Positions 54,001-64,000 of a stretch of 64,000 nucleotides of DNA are shown here, piece by piece; the first letter of the stretch is position 1, and every line of letters starts with the position of its first letter. This stretch comes from Camelus ferus (lineage: Eukaryota). The position numbers and the translations under genes were made by a program. Location of the stretch: NCBI RefSeq assembly GCF_009834535.1, contig NC_045697.1, positions 120,964,001 through 121,028,000 of the forward strand. The letters run 5' to 3'. The notes beneath the pieces are model-generated. The model searched no databases. It was not told the origin of the DNA and saw only the letters and a list, made by a program, of their open reading frames with translations.

Positions 54001-57000
54001 CCCGCAAAAGGAGACACTCGGGGAAGACACGCGGAGGGCTCCTAGGAGACCCCAGGCGCTGCAGAAAGAAGACCGAACCTCCCCACACTCAGAATTCCGG
54101 AACAAGCCCGAGTGGGTTTGGGAGGTTTGGGGACGCCCTCCACGCAGCTGCCTGGTGTCACAGGTGTTCCCTTCAAGGGGGAAGTCCGCTAATTACCTCC
54201 CCTGTTCAGGGGGAGGCACTACATGCTACCTGCATTTCCAGCCCTACCCCCACCCTTCCCCGGCATCCAGCAAGAGGAGACACTCGGGGAAGACATGCGG
54301 AGGGCTCCTAGGAGATCCCAGGAGCTGAAGAGAGAGTACAGAACTTCCTCACCCTCAGAATAACGGAACACGGACGAGTGTTTTCGGGAGGTTTGGGTCC
54401 GACCTCCACGCAGCTGCCTTGTGTCACAGGTGTTCCAAGCCAGGGGGGAACTCCGCTTTTACCTCTCCTGTCCAGGGGGATTCCCTAGATGCTACCTGCA
54501 ATTCCAGCACAACACCAGGCTTTCACTGCATCCTACACTAGGAGACACTCGGGGAATACACGTGGAGGGCTCCTAGGTGATCCCAGGTGCTGCAGAGAGA
54601 ATACGGAACCTCCCACACTCAGAATTCCGTAACGCGGCCGAGTGGGTGGGGGAGGTTTGGGGCAGCCCTCCAGGCAGCTTCCTGGTGTCACAGGTGTTCC
54701 CTGGCAGGGGGAAGACCTCTAATTACCACCCCTGTCCAGGGGGAGGCACTATATGCTACCTGCTTTTCCAGGACAAAACCCGCTTTTCCCCGGCAGTCCA
54801 TACTAGGTGACACTCTGGGAAGTCACGAGGAGGGCTCCTAGGAGATCCCACATGCTGCAGAAAGAAGACCGAACCTCCCCACACTCAGATGACCGGAACG
54901 CGGCGGAGTTTGTGCGGGAGGTTTGGGTCTTCCATCCACGAAGCTAAATGGTGTCACAGGTGTTCCCTGGCATTGGGAATTCCGCTAATTACCTCCACTG
55001 ACCAGGGGGAGACACTAGATTCTACCTGCTTTTCCAGCCCAACCCCCGCCTTTCCCCAGTAACCCGCAAAAGGAGACACTCGGGGAAGACACGCGGAGGG
55101 CTCCTAGGAGACCCCAGGCGCTGCAGAAAGAAGACCGAACCTCCCCACACTCAGAATTCCGGAACAAGCCCGAGTGGGTGTGGGAGGTTTGGGGACGCCC
55201 TCCACGCAGCTGCTTGTTGTCACAGGTTTTCCCTGGCAGGGGGAATTCCGCTAATTACCTCCCCTGTCCAGGAGGAGTCACTAGATGCTACCTGCATATC
55301 CAGCAAAACCCCCGCCTTTCAACGGCTCCCCGTAAAAAAGAAACACTATGGGAAGGCACGTGGATGGCTCCTAGGAGATCCCAGGGGCTGGAGATTGAAG
55401 ACCAAACCTCCCCAAACTCAGAATTCCGGAATGCGCCCGAGTGGGTGGGGGAGGTTTGGGACCGAAACCCACGAAGCTGCCGGGTGTTAAATGTGTTCTC
55501 TGGCAGGGGGAAGTCCGCTAATTACCCTCCCCTGTCCAGGGGGAGGCGCTACATGCTACCTGCCTTTCCAGCCCAACACCAGCATTTCCCCGGCACACTG
55601 CACTAGGATACACTCGGTGAAGATAGGCGGAGGGCTCCTAGGAGATCCCAGGTGCTGCAGACAGAGGACGGAACCTCTCCACACTCAAATTCCGGAACAA
55701 GGCCGAGTGGTTAGGGGAGGTTTGGGGCGGCCCTCCACGCTGCTGCCTGGTGTCACAGGTGTTCCCTGGAAGGGGGAAGTCCGCTAATTACCTCCCCTGT
55801 TCAGGGGGAGGCACTACATGCTACCTGCATTTCCAGCCCTACCCCCACCCTTCCCCCGGCATCCAGCAAGAGGAGACACTCGGGGAAGACATGCGGAGTG
55901 CTCCTAGGAGATCCCAGGAGATGAAGAGAGAGTACAGAACTTCCCACTCTCAGAATAACGGAACACGGACGAGAGTTTTCGGGAGGTTTGGGTCCGTCCT
56001 CCACGCAGCTGCCTTGTGTCACAGGTGTTCCAAGCCAGGGGGAACTCCGCTTTTACCTCTCCTGTCCAGGGGGATTCCCTAGATGCAACCTGCAATTCCA
56101 GCACAACACCAGGCTTTCACTGCATCCCACACTAGGAGACACTCGGGGAATACACGTGGAGGGCTCCTAGGTGATCCCAGGTGCTGCAGAGAGAATACGG
56201 AACCTCCCCACACTCAGAATTCCGTAACGCGGCCGAGTGGGTGGGGGAGGTTTGGGGCAGCCCTCCAGGCAGCTTCCTGGTGTCACAGGTGTTCCCTGGC
56301 AGGGGGAAGACCGCTAATTACCACCCCTGTCCAGGGGGAGAAACTACATGCTACCTGATTTTCCAGCCCAACCCCCGCATTTCCCTGTCTGCCCGCACTA
56401 GGAGACACTCGGGGAAGGCACGCGGAGGGCTCCTATGAGATCTCAGGCGCTGCAGACATAGGACGGAACCTCCCCACACTCAGAATTCCGTAACACGGCC
56501 GAGTGGGTGGGGGAGGTTTTGGTCCGCCCTCCACGCAGCTGCCTCTTGTCACAGGTGTTCCCTGGCAGGTTGAAGTACGCTAAATACCTTCCCCGTCCAG
56601 GGGGAGGCACTACATGCTACCTGGATTTCCAGCCCAACCCCCGCCTTTCCCCGGCTCCCCGCACTAGGATACACTCGGGGAAGGCACGCGGAGGGCTCCT
56701 AGGTGATCCCAGGCGCTGCAGACAGAGTACGGACCTCCCCACACTCAGAAATCCGGAACGCGGCCCGAGTAGGTGGGAGAGGTTTGGTTCCGCACTCCAC
56801 GCAGCTGCCTGGTGTCAAATGTGTTCCCTTGCAGGGGAAATCTGCTAATTACCTCCACTATCCAGGGGGAGGCACTACCTGCTACCTGCTTTTCCAGCCC
56901 AACGCCCGTTTTCCCGGCATTCCGCACTAGGAGACACTCTGGAAGACACGTGGATGGCTCCTAGGTGATACCAGGCGCTTCAGACCGAAGACGGGACCTC

Positions 57001-60000
57001 CCCACACTCAGAATTCCGGAACGAGTCCGAATGTCTGTGGGAGATTTGGGGGCCGCCCTTCACGCAGCTGCGTGGTGTCACATGTGTTCCTTGATGGGAA
57101 ATTCGCTAATTACCTCCCCTGTCCAGAGGGAGGCACTACATGCTACCTGCATTTCCAGCCCAACCCACAATTTCCCCGGCAGCCCGCACTAGGAGACACT
57201 CTGGGAAGACAGGCGGAGGGCGCCTAAGTGATCCCAGTCGGTGCAGACAGAGGACGGACCTCACGACACTCAGAAATCCGGAACGCGGCCGAATGGGTCA
57301 GGGAGGTTTGGGGCCGCCCTCCACGAACCTGCCTAGTGTCACAGGTGTTCCCTGGCGGGGGAAAGTCCGCTAATTACCTCCCCTGTCCAGGGGGAGGCAC
57401 TAGATGCTATCTGCATTTCCAGCCCGACCCCCGCATTTCCCCAGCATCCCGCATTAGGAGACACTCCGGGAAGACACGCGGAGGGCTCCTAGGTGATCCC
57501 AGGTGCTGCAGAGAGAGTACGGCACCTCCCCACACTCAGAAATCCTGAACGCGGCCGAGTGGTTGGTTGAGGTTTGGGGCCGACCTCCACGCAGCTGCCT
57601 GGTGTCACAGGTGTTCCCTGGCAGGGGGAATTCCGCTAATTACCTCCCCTGTCCAGGGAGAGGCACTACATGCTACCTGCATTTCCAGCACAAGCCCCGC
57701 CATTTCCTGGCTCCCAGCACTAGGATACACTAGGGGAAGACACGCGGAGGGCTCCTAGAGATCCCAGTCGCTGCAGACAGAGTACGGAACTTCCCCACAC
57801 TCAGAATCCCGGAACGCGGCCGAGTGGGTGGTGTAGGTTTGCCATAACCCCACACGCAGCAGCCTGGTGTCACAGGTGTTCCCTGGAGGGGGGAAATTCG
57901 CTAATTACCATACCCTGTCCAGGGGGAGGCACTACAAGCTACCTGCATTTCCAGCCCAACCCCCCGCCTTTCCCCGGGTTCCCGCACTAGGGGACACTCG
58001 GTGAAGACACGCGGAGGGCACCTGGGAGATCCCAGGCGCAGCAGACTGAGTACGGAACCTCCCAACACTCAGAATTCCAGAACAAGGCCGAGTGGGTGTG
58101 GGATTTTTGGGGCCCGCCCTCCACGCAGCTGACTCTTGTCACAGGTGTTCCCTGGCAGGGTGAATTCCGCTAATTACCTTCCCTGTCCAGGGTGAGGCAC
58201 TATATGCTACCTGCTTTTCCAGGACCAAAAACCGCATTTCCCCGGCAGTCCATACTAGGTGACACTCTGGGAAGTCACGAGGAGGGCTCCTAGGAGATCC
58301 CACATGCTGCAGAAAGAAGACCGAACCTCCCCACACTCAGATGACCGGAACGCGGCGGAGTTTGTGCGGGAGGTTTGGGTCTTCCATCCACGAAGCTAAA
58401 TGGTGTCACAGGTGTTCCCTGGCATTGGGAAGTCCGCTAATTACCTGCACTGACCAGGGGGAGACACTAGATTCTACCTGCTTTTCCAGCCCAACCCCCG
58501 CCTTTCCCCAGTAACCCGCAAAAGGAGACACTCGGGGAAGACACGCGGAGGGCTCCTAGGAGACCCCAGGCGCTGCAGAAAGAAGACCGAACCTCCCCAA
58601 ACTCAGAATTCCGGAACAAGCCCGAGTGGGTTTGGGAGGTTTGGGGACGCCCTCCACGCAGCTGCCTGGTGTCACAGGTGTTCCCTGGAAGGGGGAAGTC
58701 CGCTAATTACCTCCCCTGTTCAGGGGGAGGCACTACATGCTACCTGCATTCCAGCCCTACCCCCACCCTTCCCCGGCATCCAACAAGAGGAGACACTCGG
58801 GGAAGACATGCGGAGGGCTCCTAGGAGATCCCAGGAGCTGAAGAGAGAGTACAGAACTTCCTCACCCTCAGAATAACGGAACACGGACGAGTGTTTTCGG
58901 GAGGTTTGGGTCCGACCTCCACGCAGCTGCCTTGTGTCACAGGTGTTCCAAGCCAGGGGGAACTCCGCTTTTACCTCTCCTGTCCAGGGGGATTCCCTAG
59001 ATGCTACCTGCAATTCCAGCACAACACCAGGCTTTCACTGCATCCCACACTAGGAGACACTCTGGGAATACACGTGGAGGGCTCCTAGGTGATCCCAGGT
59101 GCTGCAGAGAGAATACGGATCCTCCCCACACTCAGAATTCCGTAACGCGGCCAAGTGGGTGGGGGAGGTTTGGGGCAGCCCTCCAGGCAGCTTCCTGGTG
59201 TCACAGGTGTTCCCTGGCAGGGGGAAGACCTCTAATTACCACCCCTGTCCAGGGGGAGGCACTATATGCTACCTGCTTTTCCAGGACAAAACCCGCTTTT
59301 CCCCGGCAGTCCATACTAGGTGACACTCTGGGAAGTCACGAGGAGGGCTCCTAGGAGATCCCACATGCTGCAGAAAGAAGACCGAACCTCCCCACACTCA
59401 GATGACCGGAACGCGGCGGAGTTTGTGCGGGAGGTTTGGGTCTTCCATACACGAAGCTAAATGGTGTCACAGGTGTTCCCTGGCATTGGGAAGTCCGCTA
59501 ATTACCTGCACTGACCAGGGGGAGACACTAGATTCTACCTGCTTTTCCAGCCCAACCCCCGCCTTTCCCCAGTAACCCGCAAAGGAGACACTCGGGGAAG
59601 ACACGCGGAGGGCTCCTAGGAGACCCCAGGCGCTGCAGAAAGAAGACCGAACCTCCCCACACTCAGAATTCCGGAACAAGCCCGAGTGGGTGTGGGAGGT
59701 TTGGGGACGCCCTCCACGCAGCTGCTTGTTGTCACAGGTGTTCCCTGGCAGGGGGAATTCCGCTAATTACCTCCCCTGTCCAGAGGAGTCACTAGATGCT
59801 ACCTGCATATCCAGCAAAACCCCCGCCTTTCAACGGCTCCCCGTAAAAGGAAACACTATGGGAAGGCACGTGGATGGCTCCTAGGAGATCCCAGGGGCTG
59901 GAGATTGAAGACCAAACCTCCCCAAACTCAGAATTCCGGAATGCGCCGGAGTGGGTGGGGGAGGTTTGGGACCGAAACCCACGAAGCTGCCGGGTGTTAA

Positions 60001-63000
60001 ATGTGTTCTCTGGCAGGGTGAAGTCCGCTAATTACCTCCCCTGTCCAGGGGGAGGCGCTACATGCTACCTGCCTTTCCAGCCCAACACCAGCATTTCCCC
60101 GGCACACTGCACTAGGATACACTCGGTGAAGATAGGCGGAGGGCTCCTAGGAGATCCCAGGTGCTGCAGACAGAGGACGGAACCTCTCCACACTCAAAAT
60201 TCCGGAACAAGGCCGAGTGGTTAGGGGAGGTTTGGGGCGGCCCTCCACGCTGCTGCCTGGTGTCACAGGTGTTCCCTGGAAGGGGGAAGTCCGCTAATTA
60301 CCTCCCCTGTTCAGGGGGAGGCACTACATGCTACCTGCATTTCCAGCCCTACCCCCACCCTTCCCCGGCATCCAGCAAGAGGAGACACTCGGGGAAGACA
60401 TGCGGAGTGCTCCTAGGAGATCCCAGGAGATGAAGAGAGAGTACAGAACTTCCCCACTCTCAGAATAACGGAACACGGACGAGAGTTTTCGGGAGGTTTG
60501 GGTCCGTCCTCCACGCAGCTGCCTTGTGTCACAGGTGTTCCAAGCCAGGGGGAACTCCGCTTTTACCTCTCCTGTCCAGGGGGATTCCCTAGATGCTACC
60601 TGCAATTCCAGCACAACACCAGGCTTTCACTGCATCCCACACTAGGAGACACTCGGGGAATACACGTGGAGGGCTCCTAGGTGATCCCAGGTGCTGCAGA
60701 GAGAATACGGAACCTCCCCACACTCAGAATTCCGTAACGCGGCCGAGTGGGTGGGGGAGGTTTGGGGCAGCCCTCCAGGCAGCTTCCTGGTGTCACAGGT
60801 GTTCCCTGGCAGGGGGAAGACCGCTAATTACCACCCCTGTCCAGGGGGAGAAACTACATGCTACCTGATTTTCCAGCCCAACCCCCGCATTTCCCTGTCT
60901 GCCCGCACTAGGAGACACTCGGGGAAGGCACGCGGAGGGCTCCTATGAGATCTCAGGCGCTGCAGACATAGGACGGAACCTCCCCACACTCAGAATTCCG
61001 TAACACGGCCGACTGGGTGGGGGAGGTTTTGGTCCGCCCTCCACGCAGCTGCCTCTTGTCACAGGTGTTCCCTGGCAGGTTGAAGTACGCTAAATACCTT
61101 CCCCGTCCAGGGGGAGGCACTACATGCTACCTGGATTTCCAGCCCAACCCCCGCCTTTCCCCGGCTCCCCGCACTAGGATACACTCGGGGAAGGCACGCG
61201 GAGGGCTCCTAGGTGATCCCAGGCGCTGCAGACAGAGTACGGACCTCCCCACACTCAGAAATCCGGAACGCGGCCGAGTAGGTGGGAGAGGTTTGGTTCC
61301 GCACTCCACGCAGCTGCCTGGTGTCAAATGTGTTCCCTTGCAGGGGAAATCTGCTAATTACCTCCACTATCCAGGGGGAGGCACTACCTGCTACCTGCTT
61401 TTCCAGCCCAACGCCCATTTTCCCGGCATTCCGCACTAGGAGACACTCTGGAAGACACGTGGATGGCTCCTAGGTGATACCAGGCGCTTCAGACCGAAGA
61501 CGGGACCTCCCCACACTCAGAATTCCGGAACGAGTCCGAATGTCTGTGGGAGATTTGGGGCCGCCCTTCACGCAGCTGCGTGGTGTCACATGTGTTCCTT
61601 GATGGGAAATTCGCTAATTACCTCCCCTGTCCAGAGGGAGGCACTACATGCTACCTGCATTTCCAGCCCAACCCACAATTTTCCCCGGCAGCCCGCACTA
61701 GGAGACACTCTGGGAAGACATGCGGAGGGCGCCTAAGTGATCCCAGTCGGTGCAGACAGAGGACGGACCTCACGACACTCAGAAATCCGGAACGCGGCCG
61801 AATGGGTCAGGGAGGTTTGGGGCCGCCCTCCACGAACCTGCCTAGTGTCACAGGTGTTCCCTGGCGGGGGAAAGTCCGCTAATTACCTCCCCTGTCCAGG
61901 GGGAGGCACTAGATGCTATCTGCATTTCCAGCCCGACCCCCGCATTTCCCCAGCATCCCGCATTAGGAGACACTCCGGGAAGACACGCGGAGGGCTCCTA
62001 GGTGATCCCAGGTGCTGCAGAGAGAGTACGGCACCTCCCCACACTCAGAAATCCTGAACGCGGCCGAGTGGTTGGTTGAGGTTTGGGGCCGACCTCCACG
62101 CAGCTGCCTGGTGTCACAGGTGTTCCCTGGCAGGGGGAATTCCGCTAATTACCTCCCCTGTCCAGGGAGAGGCACTACATGCTACCTGCATTTCCAGCAC
62201 AAGCCCCGCCATTTCCCGGCTCCCAGCACTAGGATACACTAGGGGAAGACACGCGGAGGGCTCCTAGAGATCCCAGTCGCTGCAGACAGAGTACGGAACT
62301 TCCCCACACTCAGAATCCCGGAACGCGGCCGAGTGGGTGGTGTAGGTTTGCCATAACCCCACACGCAGCAGCCTGGTGTCACAGGTGTTCCCTGGAGGGG
62401 GGAAATTCGCTAATTACCTACCCTGTCCAGGGGGAGGCACTACAAGCTACCTGCATTTCCAGCCCAACCCCCGCCTTTCCCCGGGTTCCCGCACTAGGGG
62501 ACACTCGGTGAAGACACGCGGAGGGCACCTGGGAGATCCCAGGCGCAGCAGACTGAGTACGGAACCTCCCAACACTCAGAATTCCAGAACAAGGCCGAGT
62601 GGGTGTGGGATTTTTGGGGCCGCCCTCCACGCAGCTGACTCTTGTCACAGGTGTTCCCTGGCAGGGGGAATTCCGCTAATTACCTTCCCTGTCCAGGGTG
62701 AGGCACTATATGCTACCTGCTTTTCCAGGACAAAAACCGCATTTCCCCGGCAGTCCATACTAGGTGACACTCTGGGAAGTCACGAGGAGGGCTCCTAGGA
62801 GATCCCACATGCTGCAGAAAGAAGACCGAACCTCCCCACACTCAGATGACCGGAACGCGGCGGAGTTTGTGCGGGAGGTTTGGGTCTTCCATCCACGAAG
62901 CTAAATGGTGTCACAGGTGTTCCCTGGCATTGGGAAGTCCGCTAATTACCTCCAATGACCAGGGGGAGACACTAGATTCTACCTGCTTTTCCAGCCCAAC

Positions 63001-64000
63001 CCCCGCCTTTCACCAGTAGCCCGCAAAAGGAGACACTCGGGGAAGACACGCGGAGGGCTCCTAGGAGACCCCAGGCGCTGCAGAAAGAAGACCGAACCTC
63101 CCCAAACTCAGAATTCCGGAACAAGCCCGAGTGGGTTTGGGAGGTTTGGGGACGCCCTCCACGCAGCTGCCTGGTGTCACAGGTGTTCCCTGGAAGGGGG
63201 AAGTCCGCTAATTACCTCCCCTGTTCAGGGGGAGGCACTACATGCTACCTGCATTTCCAGCCCTACCCCCACCCTTCCCCGGCATCCAACAAGAGGAGAC
63301 ACTCGGGGAAGACATGCGGAGGGCTCCTAGGAGATCCCAGGAGCTGAAGAGAGAGTACAGAACTTCCTCACCCTCAGAATAACGGAACACGGACGAGTGT
63401 TTTCGGGAGGTTTGGGTCCGACCTCCACGCAGCTGCCTTGTGTCACAGGTGTTCCAAGCCAGGGGGAACTCCGCTTTTACCTCTCCTGTCCAGGGGGATT
63501 CCCTAGATGCTACCTGCAATTCCAGCACAACACCAGGCTTTCACTGCATCCCACACTAGGAGACACTCGGGGAATACACGTGGAGGGCTCCTAGGTGATC
63601 CCAGGTGCTGCAGAGAGAATACGGATCCTCCCCACACTCAGAATTCCGTAACGCGGCCAAGTGGGTGGGGGAGGTTTGGGGCAGCCCTCCAGGCAGCTTC
63701 CTGGTGTCACAGGTGTTCCCTGGCAGGGGGAAGACCTCTAATTACCACCCCTGTCCAGGGGGAGGCACTATATGCTACCTGCTTTTCCAGGACAAAACCC
63801 GCTTTTCCCCGGCAGTCCATACTAGGTGACACTCTGGGAAGTCACGAGGAGGGCTCCTAGGAGATCCCACATGCTGCAGAAAGAAGACCGAACCTCCCCA
63901 CACTCAGATGACCGGAACGCGGCGGAGTTTGTGCGGGAGGTTTGGGTCTTCCATACACGAAGCTAAATGGTGTCACAGGTGTTCCCTGGCATTGGGAAGT
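51010..64000 (+). repeat. 17-mer higher-order repeat B (4510 bp; b..o, v, k', l'), about 2.9 copies, continuing past the window end
   Basis: Monomer b (CTCCTATGAGATCTC...GACATAGG) starts at 51920, 56430 and 60940. ORFs 51671/56181/60691 and 51997/56507/61017 are offset by 4510. Confidence 0.95.

Larger units (their letters stand above)
1..64000 (+). repeat. Tandem satellite DNA array, ~265-266 bp monomer, ~241 head-to-tail copies, runs off both window ends
   Basis: The motifs CTCCTAGG, CACTCAGAATTCC, GTGTCACAGGTGTTCCCTGG and CCGCTAATTACCTCCCCTGTCCAGGGGGAGGCACTA recur about every 265 bp throughout (e.g. monomer starts at 8681, 8947, 9743, 10009). No unique sequence is seen. The strand label is arbitrary. 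Confidence 0.99.

Noticed and set aside
130..63860. Hundreds of 60-206 aa ORFs on both strands
   Set aside because: They are translations of the satellite in all frames, rich in Pro/Arg/Gly/Cys. Many start at non-ATG codons, frames are broken by 1-bp indels between near-identical copies, and no domain is recognisable. They were useful only as period markers.
1..64000. CRISPR-like or cassette array (conserved motifs alternating with variable stretches)
   Set aside because: The variable parts are homologous point-mutated versions of each other, not unique spacers. The period is ~265 bp and there are no cas or integrase genes.
1..64000. Functional tandem RNA-gene cluster (5S, tRNA or snRNA)
   Set aside because: No intact gene, no recognisable A/B box pair or cloverleaf, no consistent T-run terminator, and substitutions are spread over the whole unit. 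Only a weak 5S resemblance is kept as a speculative finding.
1..64000. CpG-island or promoter call from high GC/CpG content and E-box-like motifs (CAGCTG, CAGGTG)
   Set aside because: These are intrinsic to the repeat unit, with no associated gene or other evidence of regulatory function.
1..64000. Assignment to a named satellite family or species based on the ~266-bp monomer length
   Set aside because: Length alone is not diagnostic, and I do not recognise the sequence well enough to name it without a database search.

Overview
The whole 64 kb window is one uninterrupted, head-to-tail tandem array of a GC- and CpG-rich satellite with a ~265-266 bp monomer (about 241 copies, all in one orientation). 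By-eye consensus: CTCCTAGGAGATCCCAGGCGCTGCAGACAGAGTACGGAACCTCCCCACACTCAGAATTCCGGAACGCGGCCGAGTGGGTGGGGGAGGTTTGGGGCCGCCCTCCACGCAGCTGCCTGGTGTCACAGGTGTTCCCTGGCAGGGGGAAKTCCGCTAATTACCTCCCCTGTCCAGGGGGAGGCACTASATGCTACCTGCWTTTCCAGCCCAACCCCCGCMTTTCCCCGGCWCCCCGCACTAGGAKACACTCGGGGAAGACACGCGGAGGG. I see no credible protein-coding gene, RNA gene, transposon insertion, inversion or CRISPR array; all ORFs are chance read-throughs of the repeat. The interest lies in the higher-order repeat (HOR) architecture, which resembles that of eukaryotic (peri)centromeric satellites. From left to right: diverged monomers with local dimers (1-6.5 kb); a near-identical 17-mer HOR 'A' of 4509 bp with one 5-mer truncation (6.5-25.9 kb); 18-mer and 10-mer variants (23-35 kb); an older 21/22-mer duplication (35-46.4 kb); a mosaic zone (46.4-51 kb); and a second 17-mer HOR 'B' of 4510 bp (51-64 kb) that shares 14 of 17 monomers with A. 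I cannot name the species or satellite family from sequence alone, and centromeric function is an inference only. Monomer letters (a-v) are my own labels, with monomers cut at the CTCCTAGG position.
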